DNA of 54,250 nt, taken from the IMG/VR virus record IMGVR_UViG_3300033485_000018, positions 1 through 54,250 of that record. One strand, 5' to 3'. This document shows positions 9,537 to 19,456 of this stretch, one piece after another. This stretch comes from a virus. Its lineage: Duplodnaviria; Caudoviricetes. The stretch's first letter is position 1; each line of letters begins with the position of its first letter. A program made the position numbers and the translations under genes. Below the pieces are notes generated by a model. The model saw only the letters and a program-made list of their open reading frames with translations, did no database searches and was not told the origin of the DNA.

Positions 9537-10285
9537 CCACGCGCGCCAATAGTCGCACCCCGAGCCTGGCAGAAGGGATCCGTGCGGCCATCGAGACGCG
9601 GTTGCAGAGCCTGCACACCGCACTGCCTGGGCGCATCGAGAGCTACAACGCGGCGACGCAGACCGCCAATATCAAGCCGATGGTCAAGCGGCGCGTAGCC
9701 ACGAGTGATGGGCGCGAGCTCCTCGAGTCGTTGCCTGTGATTTCCGACGTGCCGATCATGTTCCCGCGCTGCGGGCAGTTCTTCGTCACGCTACCCTTGG
9801 CTGCGGGGGATTTCGTGTTGCTGGTGTTCTGCGAGCGCAGCATCGACAACTACGCGGCCGGCACCCCGGGGCTCGAAGCCGATCCTGACGATTTCCGCAT
9901 GCACGATCTGACGGATGCCGTCGCGTTCCCTGGGTTTTTCCCCACGGGCTCGGCGCTCCCCGGGGCCTCGACCGAGCGGCTCGTCGTCGGCCACACGAGT
10001 GGCGCGCAGCTCACCGTCGCGGCGGACGGAACGATAACCGTCAACTCGGCGAGCGGGCTCGTACATCTCGGCGCCGACTCGGGCGCCGACTTCATCGCCC
10101 GCGCCGACAAGGTGAACGCGCGGCTTGATTTCATCGAGACCTGGGCAAACGCCATCAACGGGCAGTTCAACAACCACAAGCATAACATTCCCGACGGCGA
10201 GACCGAGCCGGTCGACTCCAGCATGTTCTTCCCCGCGCTGCCCCCGTTGCTGACCGTCGCTTGTGACAAGGTGAAGGGCACCTAG
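9533..10285 (+). CDS. Baseplate central spike (Gp138/gpV-like)
   Basis: HTALPGRI, GDFVLLVFCERSID, RMHDLTDA and C-terminal HKH metal-binding motif. Confidence 0.85.
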   Translation: MTTRANSRTPSLAEGIRAAIETRLQSLHTALPGRIESYNAATQTANIKPMVKRRVATSDGRELLESLPVISDVPIMFPRCGQFFVTLPLAAGDFVLLVFCERSIDNYAAGTPGLEADPDDFRMHDLTDAVAFPGFFPTGSALPGASTERLVVGHTSGAQLTVAADGTITVNSASGLVHLGADSGADFIARADKVNARLDFIETWANAINGQFNNHKHNIPDGETEPVDSSMFFPALPPLLTVACDKVKGT

Positions 10286-10287
10286 CC

Positions 10288-10650
10288 ATGGACATCGCGC
10301 TCAATCAAGATACGTGGGACATCGAGCTTGCCCAGGGCGACCTGCGCACGGTCGACGCCCTCGATGCGATCACGCAACACGTCGCGATCGGGTTGCAGTT
10401 CTTCCGCGGCGAGTGGCTCTTGGATCAACGCATCGGGATCCCCTACTACCAGAACATCCTGATCAAGAATCCCGATTTCAACCTCGTGCGCTTCCTGCTG
10501 CGCGAGGCGGTGTTGCAGACACCTGGGGTCACGGGTTTGACGAGCTTTACTACCACCTTCACGCCAGCACCGCGGTCGCTGGGGGTGCAGTTCGAAGGGC
10601 AGACTACCGACGGCCCCCTTGTGTTCGATCGCGAGTTGGTGCTCGCCTGA
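10288..10650 (+). CDS. Baseplate wedge / sheath initiator (gp25-like)
   Basis: FFRGEWLLDQRIGIPY motif. Confidence 0.75.
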   Translation: MDIALNQDTWDIELAQGDLRTVDALDAITQHVAIGLQFFRGEWLLDQRIGIPYYQNILIKNPDFNLVRFLLREAVLQTPGVTGLTSFTTTFTPAPRSLGVQFEGQTTDGPLVFDRELVLA

Positions 10651-10662
10651 GAAGGATCGCCT

Positions 10663-12012
10663 ATGTCTAGTTTCGGTGTGCTCCCTACTGGCTTCCGGGC
10701 AAAGACGCTCGAGGAGCTTTTGCTCGAGATCCAAGAGGCCGAGCGCGCATCGTTCGGGCCCGGTATCAACCTGCTCGCTACCTCGGTCTTCGGGCAGATC
10801 AACGGCATCTTCGCCGAGCATCTCGCCGAGCTTTGGGAGGTGGCGCAAGGGATCTACGGTGCAGCCTATCCCGACAGCGCCTCGGACGCGGCGCTCGATA
10901 ACGTGCTGTCGCTGACCGGGGTGCTGCGGGATCCCGCCCGCAAGAGTCACGTCCACGATCTGATTTGCACCGGCACGGCTGCCACATTCCTGGCGACTGG
11001 GCGCGTGCTTTCGGTCGAGAACTCGGGCGCCCGTTTCGCATCGACCGCGGACGCTACGCTCGCCCTGGCGACGGCGCGAGCACCCGCGACGGCCTACGTG
11101 GTCGGCGACATCCGATCCAACGACAACAATATCTACTATGTGACCGTTGCCGGCACGTCTGGCGGCGGTGGTGGCCCTACGGGCGAGGGCACGGCCATTG
11201 TCGATGGCACGGTCACTTGGCGCTTCGTGGGGGATGGTCTTTCCTTCGCAGAGGTCGAGTATGAAGCCGAGGTAACCGGCCCGATCGATGCACCGTCATG
11301 GTCGCTGCACGTCATCGAAACGCCCGTCGCAGGTTGGTTGGGTGCGGACAATCCGACCGATGTGCATCTTGGCGCCGACGGAGAGACCGATGCCGACGCC
11401 CGGTTGCGGCGCAACGATCTCCTCCGCGCGAGCGGTTCGGCCACGGTCGAGGCATTGCGTGGGCGCGTGCTCGAGATCGTGGGGGTCACGCAAGTCTTCG
11501 TCTTCGAGAACACCAGCATGCTCACCGACGGCGACGGGCTTCCCGCCAAGAGCTTTGAGGTGGTGGTCGAAGGTGGTGATGGCCTGCTCGAGCAGACGAT
11601 CGCGGACATGATCTGGCTACACAAGCCCGCCGGGATCGAGAGCTATGGCAACATCTCGCAGTCGGTGGTGGATTCCCAAGGCTTCGCGCATACCATCAAG
11701 CTCAGCCGGCCCGATGATGTGATCCTCTATGTGGCGATCACGCTTGCGGTCAATGCGGCCGTGTTTCCCGCGGACGGAGTAGAGCAGGTGCGGGCCGCGC
11801 TGCTGAGCGTCGCCGATACCCTGAACATTGGCGATGATGTGGTCATGCTGGCGTTTAGTTGCGCGCCCCTTCGGCTCGTGCCTGGTGTGATCGATGTGCC
11901 GAGTTTGAAGATCGATACCGTCGATCCTCCAGTGAACACGGCCAACATTGCCATCGGTAACCGTGAATTCGCGCGTTTCGACAGCGCGCGGATCGTTGTC
12001 ACTGTGGCGTAG
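10663..12012 (+). CDS. Baseplate J-like wedge protein
   Basis: GADGETDADARLRR, GVTQVFVFEN and KPAGIESYG motifs. Confidence 0.85.
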   Translation: MSSFGVLPTGFRAKTLEELLLEIQEAERASFGPGINLLATSVFGQINGIFAEHLAELWEVAQGIYGAAYPDSASDAALDNVLSLTGVLRDPARKSHVHDLICTGTAATFLATGRVLSVENSGARFASTADATLALATARAPATAYVVGDIRSNDNNIYYVTVAGTSGGGGGPTGEGTAIVDGTVTWRFVGDGLSFAEVEYEAEVTGPIDAPSWSLHVIETPVAGWLGADNPTDVHLGADGETDADARLRRNDLLRASGSATVEALRGRVLEIVGVTQVFVFENTSMLTDGDGLPAKSFEVVVEGGDGLLEQTIADMIWLHKPAGIESYGNISQSVVDSQGFAHTIKLSRPDDVILYVAITLAVNAAVFPADGVEQVRAALLSVADTLNIGDDVVMLAFSCAPLRLVPGVIDVPSLKIDTVDPPVNTANIAIGNREFARFDSARIVVTVA

Positions 12013-12015
12013 CGT

Positions 12016-12777
12016 ATGGCCTTCACGCGCAAAACCACGCACGTTCTCGAAGGGCTCGCCCAGCTCGTGGAGCAATTCCGCGACGCCCCCAACCTTGGCG
12101 CCCTGCTCAGTGCCTACATGATGCAGGTGCAAGAGATCGAAGACGTGCTCTTCGATCTTATCGATCTGCGCCTGTTCCTGACTGCCGAAGGCGCACAGCT
12201 CGACGGCATCGGCGCAATCGTTGGCGAGAGTCGCAGCGGCAATAGTGATGCCGATTACCGTGAGCTGATTCAATCGCGCATCTTCATCAACCAATCCGAA
12301 GCGACCGCGGAAGAGCTGATCACGATCGCCAATCAGTTTCTCGCGGGTTCGCCCGAGCTGCGCCTTACCGAATCACGCCCGGCTCACTTCGATCTCATCG
12401 TCGAGGATCCCATCACGCCAATTCCCGCAGCGTGGGCGCCTTTGACGGCCTATGTGCTCGGTGATCGGCGCTCGAGCTTTGGGCGCGTCTATACCGTCAC
12501 GACGGCGGGCACTTCGGCCGATGGCTCGGGGAGCCCGCCAGCCGCGACCGCCGGCCCTTACGGTACCAGCCCAGCTATCACTGACGGCACCGTAGTTTGG
12601 GCCTACGAAGGCCCGGGGATCGGGGCGCGCCTCGCCACGCACGTTCTCATCGCCAAGGGTGCCGGGATCCGCGGGATCGTGCATTGGGAAGAGTATGCGA
12701 CCCCGTTCGCGTTCGATGGCGATCCCGAGGGTGCTGGTTTCGATGTTGGGGGCTTCGCACAAGCGCACGATTTCTGA
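12016..12777 (+). CDS. Baseplate wedge protein (DUF2612 / gpI-like)
   Basis: AEGAQLDGIGAIVG..R...DADYRELI motif; follows baseplate J. Confidence 0.75.
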   Translation: MAFTRKTTHVLEGLAQLVEQFRDAPNLGALLSAYMMQVQEIEDVLFDLIDLRLFLTAEGAQLDGIGAIVGESRSGNSDADYRELIQSRIFINQSEATAEELITIANQFLAGSPELRLTESRPAHFDLIVEDPITPIPAAWAPLTAYVLGDRRSSFGRVYTVTTAGTSADGSGSPPAATAGPYGTSPAITDGTVVWAYEGPGIGARLATHVLIAKGAGIRGIVHWEEYATPFAFDGDPEGAGFDVGGFAQAHDF

Positions 12778-12792
12778 TAGGAGCATGACGTC

Positions 12793-14316
12793 ATGGCCGC
12801 GACCTACACCAAGCCGACCAAGATCCCGCGCTGGGCCGATACCGGGACCATCGTAGAGCCAGCCGAGGCGAAGAAGGATTCCGGTTGGGTCACGACCGAG
12901 AAGCCCCCGGCTTCCTATTTCAATTGGCTGGAGAACCTGTCGGGGCAATGGTTCAAATGGCTTGATGAGCGGCTCTTCGACGGCGCCACCAAAGACGAGC
13001 TATTCCTGCGCTACCCTGGCAACGGGACGACGGCGCTCAAGATCACGCTTGACGGCGTGAGCACCGTCAAGAGCTTCGGTGTGGGGCTCGTGCCCACAGC
13101 CAGCGCCGACCCCGAACTCCAGATCGTCGATGCAGAGTTCAAGCTCCATATCCCGACCGGGCTGCTCCCCACCTTGCAGTTTGAATCGACTGGCGGGCTT
13201 TCGTCGATCGAGTTTGACCGGACCACCAATCGCTTCGGGTTCTACATCGCAGGCGTGCTCGCGGCGCGCTTGGCGGGGAACGATCTCAGCGTGGCCGGCG
13301 GCTTGTTCGTCGGGAGCACCACGGCTCCCGCCGCGGACGATGCGATTTTCATCGGGGATGCTGACTTCAGCCTCGATTTCAATGGCGGCAATCCTTCGTT
13401 CTTCGCCGATACTGATTCGGTGTTGCGGTATGACCGTGCTGGGCAGTCTTGGGAATTTGATGTCAATGGCACTGAGCTACTAGCGATCAAGGACAATGGC
13501 CTCGGGCGTACCGTTCTGAGGTTCGCGACGGGGGATGAACTTCGCTTCGATCCCGCGGACAACCTGTGGGACTTCTTGGTTGCGTCCGCGATGATCATGG
13601 AGATCAACGGTGCGAACGCAATGCTCGACATCAACACGCCTCTCGCCGGTAAGCGCGGGCTGATGTTGCGAGGTAGCGCGACGCACGCCGCTTTGACTCT
13701 TGTCGGGCAAGCCGCGAAGCCTTCGACTTCCTCGGTCGGTGATTTCTTCATGAACTCGACGCGCGGGCAATGGTTCGTGAAGGGCCCTGCGATCTGGGAA
13801 ACCCCCGTTATGATGGTCGACTGGCTATCAGCCCCGAATGTCGTCACAGGTGTCGGTGCTGGGCCTTTCTCTCTTCGCAACTATATTCGCAGCGCTGGCT
13901 ATAGCGCGAACACGATTCTACGGTTTCGCATTGCGGGGACCGCGTACCGAACCGGCACCGCGGAGAACATCAACATCAACCTCAAGCTCGAAGGCACGAC
14001 GGTCATCTTCGTGACTTTTGCGCCTGACCTATCGACAGGCAGTCCGTCGACCGATGACCAATGGTGGATCGATGCTACTTTCTCTTTCCCGGCCGCAGGA
14101 ACATCGGTTGCCGTGCAATGGTACGCGCGGGGCAACTGGTCGGAGGCAGCGGGTACGGCGTCGGCGGCTGCTGATATTGTTTCGATCGGAGAAATTACGG
14201 GTGTGAACATCAACGCAAATCAAATGGATTGGGCCGTTGATTTCGATAGCCCGTCTGCATCGAAGACCGTCACGCTCTCTCATTTCTCCGTCGAGCAAAT
14301 GGGACAGACCAACTAG
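12793..14316 (+). CDS. Tail fiber protein
   Basis: N-terminal GWVTTEKPPASYFNWL baseplate-attachment motif, then beta-rich repeats; AGGAG RBS. Confidence 0.75.
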   Translation: MAATYTKPTKIPRWADTGTIVEPAEAKKDSGWVTTEKPPASYFNWLENLSGQWFKWLDERLFDGATKDELFLRYPGNGTTALKITLDGVSTVKSFGVGLVPTASADPELQIVDAEFKLHIPTGLLPTLQFESTGGLSSIEFDRTTNRFGFYIAGVLAARLAGNDLSVAGGLFVGSTTAPAADDAIFIGDADFSLDFNGGNPSFFADTDSVLRYDRAGQSWEFDVNGTELLAIKDNGLGRTVLRFATGDELRFDPADNLWDFLVASAMIMEINGANAMLDINTPLAGKRGLMLRGSATHAALTLVGQAAKPSTSSVGDFFMNSTRGQWFVKGPAIWETPVMMVDWLSAPNVVTGVGAGPFSLRNYIRSAGYSANTILRFRIAGTAYRTGTAENININLKLEGTTVIFVTFAPDLSTGSPSTDDQWWIDATFSFPAAGTSVAVQWYARGNWSEAAGTASAAADIVSIGEITGVNINANQMDWAVDFDSPSASKTVTLSHFSVEQMGQTN

Positions 14317-14336
14317 AACCTTTGAAAGGCGTCATA

Positions 14337-14642
14337 ATGAAAACCCAGAAGCAACAGACTCAAGAGGCCGTGCAGGCCGCGATCGATGAGAACAACGTCG
14401 TCGATCTCCCGCGCGCCATACCGGCCACCGTGCAGCTCCTCCCCATGGAGCGCCTCGAGCTCGAGAACTTGATGCTCAAGAGCACTCTGTTCCAGGCGCA
14501 GGCGAAGGCGGAGCAGGACCGCCAGAAGCAGGCGCGCAGCGAGCTTGCCTCGCGCATCCGCATCCGCTGCGGTGTCGACGTGCTCGCGCGCTACATCGTC
14601 GATCCTGACACCGGCACTTGCCGGCTCAAAGAGGAGAACTAG
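14337..14642 (+). CDS. Hypothetical protein, possible fiber chaperone
   Basis: Coiled-coil ORF after fiber; GAAAGG RBS. Confidence 0.5.
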   Translation: MKTQKQQTQEAVQAAIDENNVVDLPRAIPATVQLLPMERLELENLMLKSTLFQAQAKAEQDRQKQARSELASRIRIRCGVDVLARYIVDPDTGTCRLKEEN

Positions 14643-14644
14643 CC

Positions 14645-14959
14645 ATGCCCTTGCAGCTCACCACCCCCTTCGACTCGGGCGACTTCGATGTGCGCGATTA
14701 CGCGCAGATGAAGATCACCTCGTTCGAGCTCGACACCAACGACGGGCACATTCACATTGCCTGCGAGTACGGCAACACGATCGATGGCGCCTGGGTGCGT
14801 GGCGCGTATCGGCGCATGGACTTCCACGTCCGCGGGGCCGATTTCCTGGCCATGCTCGCGCTGCTCCCGCAGGAAGGCGAGACGATCTACAACGCCGCGG
14901 CGCGCACGCTCTACACCTGGCTGATCGACAACAACCACTTTTCTGGCTCTATCGTCTGA
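14645..14959 (+). CDS. Hypothetical protein, possible fiber assembly factor
   Basis: GAGGAG RBS, tight packing. Confidence 0.55.
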   Translation: MPLQLTTPFDSGDFDVRDYAQMKITSFELDTNDGHIHIACEYGNTIDGAWVRGAYRRMDFHVRGADFLAMLALLPQEGETIYNAAARTLYTWLIDNNHFSGSIV

Positions 14960-14977
14960 TAGAGGAAGGGGCGCAAC

Positions 14978-15511
14978 GTGACCAAGCTTCTCGGTGGGTT
15001 TACCCTAGCGATCATCGTAGTCGTGCCTGGCTTCGCGTGGGGGCAAGACGCGCCCCTTGCCCCGGGTTGGGATCTGACTCTCACGCTCTACGGGTCGCTG
15101 GCGACGATCATCACGGGGGCCGTGACCTGGGGCGTACTCCGCCTTGCATCTTGGCTGAAGCTCAAGGTCAAGAATGAGCTCGTGTTCGCGACGATCTGGC
15201 GCTTCGCCAACTCCGTCGGGAACGCCGTGAAGCTGATCAACCAAACGCTCAAGCGGCAGATCGAGGCTGCCAAGGCACCGGGGAGTCCCGGCGGCCAGCA
15301 CATTACCTCCGAAGAGGCGCGCCAGCTTCGCAACGGGGTGTGGGAAGCCTTGAAGCACGAATACGGCAGCGTCGAAGGCATCGGGCGCTTCTTGGCCCCG
15401 CTCGAGCTCAAAGACTCCACCGCGCTGACTTCGTTCGTCGATACCCAGATCGAGGCCGCCGTCCACGACACAGGCAAGGCCGCCAGTTCCCCTCAGAAGC
15501 CCACGGGCTGA
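14978..15511 (+). CDS. Membrane protein with signal peptide and one TM helix (holin/spanin-like)
   Basis: Signal-like N-terminus ending AWG-QD, second hydrophobic helix, helical C-terminus; GAGGAAGG RBS. Confidence 0.55.
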   Translation: MTKLLGGFTLAIIVVVPGFAWGQDAPLAPGWDLTLTLYGSLATIITGAVTWGVLRLASWLKLKVKNELVFATIWRFANSVGNAVKLINQTLKRQIEAAKAPGSPGGQHITSEEARQLRNGVWEALKHEYGSVEGIGRFLAPLELKDSTALTSFVDTQIEAAVHDTGKAASSPQKPTG

Positions 15512-15768
15512 CGCGCGCCGCGTCTCGTGGGCTCGACAAGGCGGCCGCGCTGCCAACCGGTGCCGACGGGAACGCGGGGCGTTTGGATCTCGGGCTCTCC
15601 GCGTCGTTGACCCAAGCCGCGCTCGGGCTCGATTACGCGCAGCACATTACCAGCACGCCGATCGGCGACCTGTCGGCCTTCGCCACCGCAAGCGCGGGGC
15701 TCTCGCGTGAGGGCGGGCGTTGGGTGCCCGGCTTGTCGGCCCTTGGTGGCTTGAGGCTGCGCTGGTGA
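15508..15768 (+). CDS. Beta-strand-rich ORF ending LRLRW; CTG start or -1 frameshift extension of upstream gene
   Basis: Fills the gap exactly (CTGA overlap upstream, GTGA overlap downstream); alternating hydrophobic strands; no ATG start. Confidence 0.5.
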   Translation: MTRAASRGLDKAAALPTGADGNAGRLDLGLSASLTQAALGLDYAQHITSTPIGDLSAFATASAGLSREGGRWVPGLSALGGLRLRW

Positions 15769-16097
15769 AGCTCGCGGCCGCTAGCATCGTGGCGCTCGTG
15801 ACTGTGGCGCAGATCGGCTCGGCGACAACCGATAGCCCGCCCCTGGATCTCTTGACCCAGCTGCTGTCGGCGCTCGGGCCGATGGGCTTCGTGATGTGGC
15901 TTGTGGTGAGAACCACGAACCACACCATCCCGCGCCTGGCCAAGTCGTTCGAGGAAGCGCTCGATCGGGCTCGTGTGGATTTCCGCTCGATCTTGACCGA
16001 CCAGCGCACCGACTTCCTGGCCCTGCTCGACCGCGAGCGCACGATCCAAGTCCAGCTCCTAGATCACCTTGCTGGGCAACGTGATAAGGATCCTTGA
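15765..16097 (+). CDS. Putative holin-like membrane protein
   Basis: GTG start overlapping upstream stop; hydrophobic segments followed by a charged coiled coil. Confidence 0.5.
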   Translation: MKLAAASIVALVTVAQIGSATTDSPPLDLLTQLLSALGPMGFVMWLVVRTTNHTIPRLAKSFEEALDRARVDFRSILTDQRTDFLALLDRERTIQVQLLDHLAGQRDKDP

Positions 16098-19000
16098 TGA
16101 GCATCCAAGCCACGATCAATCGCCTGATCTCGATCCTGCAAACCTACGCGAACGTGCCGCCACGCGAAGCCAAAGAGCTGCGCGCGGGGTTTGACGAGCT
16201 CGCGCCCTTCGCAACCGAGGCCGAGCTTCTCGCGTCGGCCCTCGATGATGGCGCTATCGCCTACGCGGAAGACACCGACAAGTTCTATTTCCGCCGCGCG
16301 GGCGCGTGGTCCAGCGTCGCCAACCCCGATGGCACAGGCAGCGGTGTCGAAGTCTTCGCACTCGAGGCGGCGCTACTCGCGGCCGCGCGCTCCGATGCTG
16401 CGATCGCCTACGCCAGCGATACCGACAAGTTCTATTTCCGCCGCGACGGCGCGTGGTCGAACGTCGCCAACCCGTGCGTCGAAGTCTATGCCACCGAGGC
16501 GGGGCTACTTGTGGCGACGCCGACCGATGCCGCGATCGCCTACGCCAGCGACACCGACAAGTTCTATTTCCGCCGCGACGGCGCATGGTCCGCCACACCC
16601 AACCCCGATCTCGTAGGGATCGAAGTCTTCGCGCTCGAAGCCACACTCCTCGCCGCCGTGCGCAACGACGGCGCGGTGGCCTACGCGCAAGACACCGACA
16701 AGTTCTATTTCCGCCGCAACGGAGCTTGGTCGGCGACGCCCAACCCTGACGCCGATTTCGCCGACCCGTACACTCCGGTTGACGGGACGCTCAACATCAT
16801 CGGCAAGCTCAGCGTCCGCGCTCCCGCGGGCCCCGCGGGTTCCGAGCAATTCGGAGATGCCGCCAGTGCCTCGGCCGCCAATGCCACCGCTCTTGGTTCC
16901 TCCGCGGCCGCCACAACCGCGGGCGCCACCGCGATCGGCGCGGCCGCGGAAGCCTCTGGGGCCTCGGGCGTCACGGCCGCGGGTTTCAACTCGGCCGCGC
17001 TCGGTACCAATGCCACCGCGCTTGGCGACGGCGCGACCGCGGGGGATCCTACCGCGGGCAGCGCCTGCACCGCACTAGGTCAAGGGGCCTTGGCGGGCGC
17101 AGCCAACGTGGCGAATTGCTCGGCCGTAGGGGCTGGCGCGGCCGCCAACACCGCGGCGAACGCCACCGCTACGGGCGCGGGCGCGGTCGCGAGCGGGGCC
17201 GGTGCGACCGCTTCAGGCCAGAGCGCCGATGCGACCGCGGATTCGACAAGCGCCTATGGCAAGGATGCGCAGGCGACCGCGGCCTCGGCAACCGCTACGG
17301 GAGCAGGCGCACAAGCGACCGCGGCTTCGACCACCGCCGAGGGCGCGGCGGCTTTGGCCGCGGGTGCGGACTCGACAGCCATCGGCGCGGACGCGCAGGC
17401 GGGTTCGGGCGCGATCGTAGCCTGCACGGCCGTGGGTGAGAGCTCGCGCGCGGTCGCGGCATCGAACGCAACCGCGCTTGGGGCCAGCGCGGTTGCGAGT
17501 GGCGCAGGGGCGACCGCTTCGGGCCAGAGCGCCGATGCGACCGCAGACTCGACAAGCGCCTATGGCAAAGACGCGCAAGCGACCGCGGCCTCGGCAACCG
17601 CTACGGGAGCGGGTGCGCAAGCAACCGCGGCCTCGACAACCGCCGAGGGCGCGGCGGCCTTGGCCGCGGGTGCCGATTCGACCGCCCTTGGCGCGGACGC
17701 GCAAGCGGGTTCGGGGGCGGTCGTTTCTTGCACGGCCGTGGGCGAAAGCTCGCGCGCTATCGCGGCCTCGAATGCAACCGCGCTTGGGGCTAGCGCGGTT
17801 GCGAGTGGCGCAGGTGCAACCGCTTCGGGCCAGAGCGCCGATGCGACCGCAGACTCGACAAGCGCCTATGGCAAAGACGCGCAAGCGACCGCGGCCTCGG
17901 CGACCGCCACGGGAGCGGGTGCGCAAGCGACCGCGACCTCGACAACCGCCGAGGGCGCGGCGGCCTTGGCCGCGGGTGCAGACTCGACCGCCCTTGGAGC
18001 GGACGCGCAAGCAGGCTCGGGCGCGGTCGTTTCTTGCACGGCCGTGGGCGAAAGCTCGCGCGCGATCGCGGCCTCGAATGCAACCGCGCTTGGGGCTAGC
18101 GCGGTTGCGGGTGGAAGCAACGCAACCGCCTTCGGGCAAGACGCGCAAGCGGGGGCCGTCGGGGTTGCCGAATGCACGGCCGTGGGCAAGGGCTCCCGCG
18201 CCATCGCGGCCGCGCAGGCCTGCGCTTTCGGCCAGGCCACGGTAGCGAGCGGGACGCGCTCGAGCGCTTTCGGCCAGAGCGCGGATGCGACCAACACCGA
18301 CACACTCGCTGCGGGCCAGGCGGCCCAAGCGACCGGGCTGAACTCTTGCGCTCTCGGAGCGGGGGCCTCGGCTTCGGCTTCGCAGACTTTCGCTGCGGGA
18401 ATGACGGCCACGGCCTCGGGGTCAAATTCTTGCGCTACGGGCCAAAGCTCAGCAGCGACAGCCGCGGGCGCGACCGCATATGGCCGTGACGCGACGGCCT
18501 CGGGCACCTCGTCAACAGCTATCGGGAACTCGGCGGATGCGACCGGCACCGGCGGGACCGCCGTGGGCGAGGCGGCGCAAGCCGGCGCGGCCATAAACTG
18601 CACCGCTATCGGAAACGGCGCGATAGCAAGTGCCGCTGGAGGAACCGCGCTTGGAGTGACGGCAACCGCGAACGGGATCGAAAGCACTTGCCTCGGTGGT
18701 GCCGCGAGCTGCGGTGCCGCGACGCGCGCCGTCTCCGTGGGTTACAGCACGATCGCTGGGGAGGATGGCACGGGGGTCGGTCATAACGCGGACGTGCTCG
18801 CGCCCAAAGGAACCACTCTCGGCTCTGATGCGCAGGTCACGGCCGGCCACGACGGCGCGATCGCAATCGGAAAAAGCGCGCGCTCCCAGGGCGCAGGCGA
18901 AGGTGCGTGGGGTGCTTCCGGGCAGCAATGCTCGCTGCGCGTATTCGGTGGCCTGAGCCTTCCCTTCGTGACGAAGAGCGTGGATTACACGCCGACCAAA

Positions 19001-19237
19001 GATGACCACCTGATCTTGGTCGATGCCTCGGGTGCCAACCGCACCATCAACCTCCCCGCGGTCGCGTCGCACGTCGGCCGCATCTTCGTAGTCAAAAAGA
19101 TCGACTCCTCGGCCAATACCGTCACGCTCGACGGCAACGCGAGCGAAACGATCGATGGCGCCACGACGCAAGTGATCGCCCTTCAGTGGTACACGATCCG
19201 CGTGCAGAGCGATGGCTCGGCGTGGTATGTGGTTTGA
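16097..19237 (+). CDS. Long fiber/adhesin with YadA-like head repeats
   Basis: Many 14-aa A(T/S)A(L/I)G repeats typical of trimeric beta-roll heads; four N-terminal DTDKFYFRR.GAW repeats; C-terminal TINLP..GRIFVVKK..TIDG..W domain. Confidence 0.8.
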   Translation: MSIQATINRLISILQTYANVPPREAKELRAGFDELAPFATEAELLASALDDGAIAYAEDTDKFYFRRAGAWSSVANPDGTGSGVEVFALEAALLAAARSDAAIAYASDTDKFYFRRDGAWSNVANPCVEVYATEAGLLVATPTDAAIAYASDTDKFYFRRDGAWSATPNPDLVGIEVFALEATLLAAVRNDGAVAYAQDTDKFYFRRNGAWSATPNPDADFADPYTPVDGTLNIIGKLSVRAPAGPAGSEQFGDAASASAANATALGSSAAATTAGATAIGAAAEASGASGVTAAGFNSAALGTNATALGDGATAGDPTAGSACTALGQGALAGAANVANCSAVGAGAAANTAANATATGAGAVASGAGATASGQSADATADSTSAYGKDAQATAASATATGAGAQATAASTTAEGAAALAAGADSTAIGADAQAGSGAIVACTAVGESSRAVAASNATALGASAVASGAGATASGQSADATADSTSAYGKDAQATAASATATGAGAQATAASTTAEGAAALAAGADSTALGADAQAGSGAVVSCTAVGESSRAIAASNATALGASAVASGAGATASGQSADATADSTSAYGKDAQATAASATATGAGAQATATSTTAEGAAALAAGADSTALGADAQAGSGAVVSCTAVGESSRAIAASNATALGASAVAGGSNATAFGQDAQAGAVGVAECTAVGKGSRAIAAAQACAFGQATVASGTRSSAFGQSADATNTDTLAAGQAAQATGLNSCALGAGASASASQTFAAGMTATASGSNSCATGQSSAATAAGATAYGRDATASGTSSTAIGNSADATGTGGTAVGEAAQAGAAINCTAIGNGAIASAAGGTALGVTATANGIESTCLGGAASCGAATRAVSVGYSTIAGEDGTGVGHNADVLAPKGTTLGSDAQVTAGHDGAIAIGKSARSQGAGEGAWGASGQQCSLRVFGGLSLPFVTKSVDYTPTKDDHLILVDASGANRTINLPAVASHVGRIFVVKKIDSSANTVTLDGNASETIDGATTQVIALQWYTIRVQSDGSAWYVV
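17160..18110 (+). repeat. Three tandem 306-bp (102-aa) repeats within the adhesin gene
   Basis: gagcgccgatgcgaccgc recurs at 17221, 17527 and 17833; boundaries approximate. Confidence 0.85.
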
Positions 19238-19447
19238 ATGCTGACGCTCGACCGTGAGATCACGATCTGGCTCTTGATCGGTACGGCAACCGTGCTCGTG
19301 GCATGGGATGTCTATGCCGCCTTTCTGAACGACACGCCCAACGACCGCGACACGATCTCGGGCGTTGTGCTAGGCTGGGCTCGGCGCCATCCCGTCGTGC
19401 CCTTCGCTCTCGGGGTTCTCGCCGGCCACCTGCTCTGGCCACAATAG
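19238..19447 (+). CDS. Small two-TM membrane protein (holin-like)
   Basis: 69 aa with two hydrophobic helices, ending GHLLWPQ. Confidence 0.55.
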   Translation: MLTLDREITIWLLIGTATVLVAWDVYAAFLNDTPNDRDTISGVVLGWARRHPVVPFALGVLAGHLLWPQ

Positions 19448-19456
19448 GAGTCTTCC

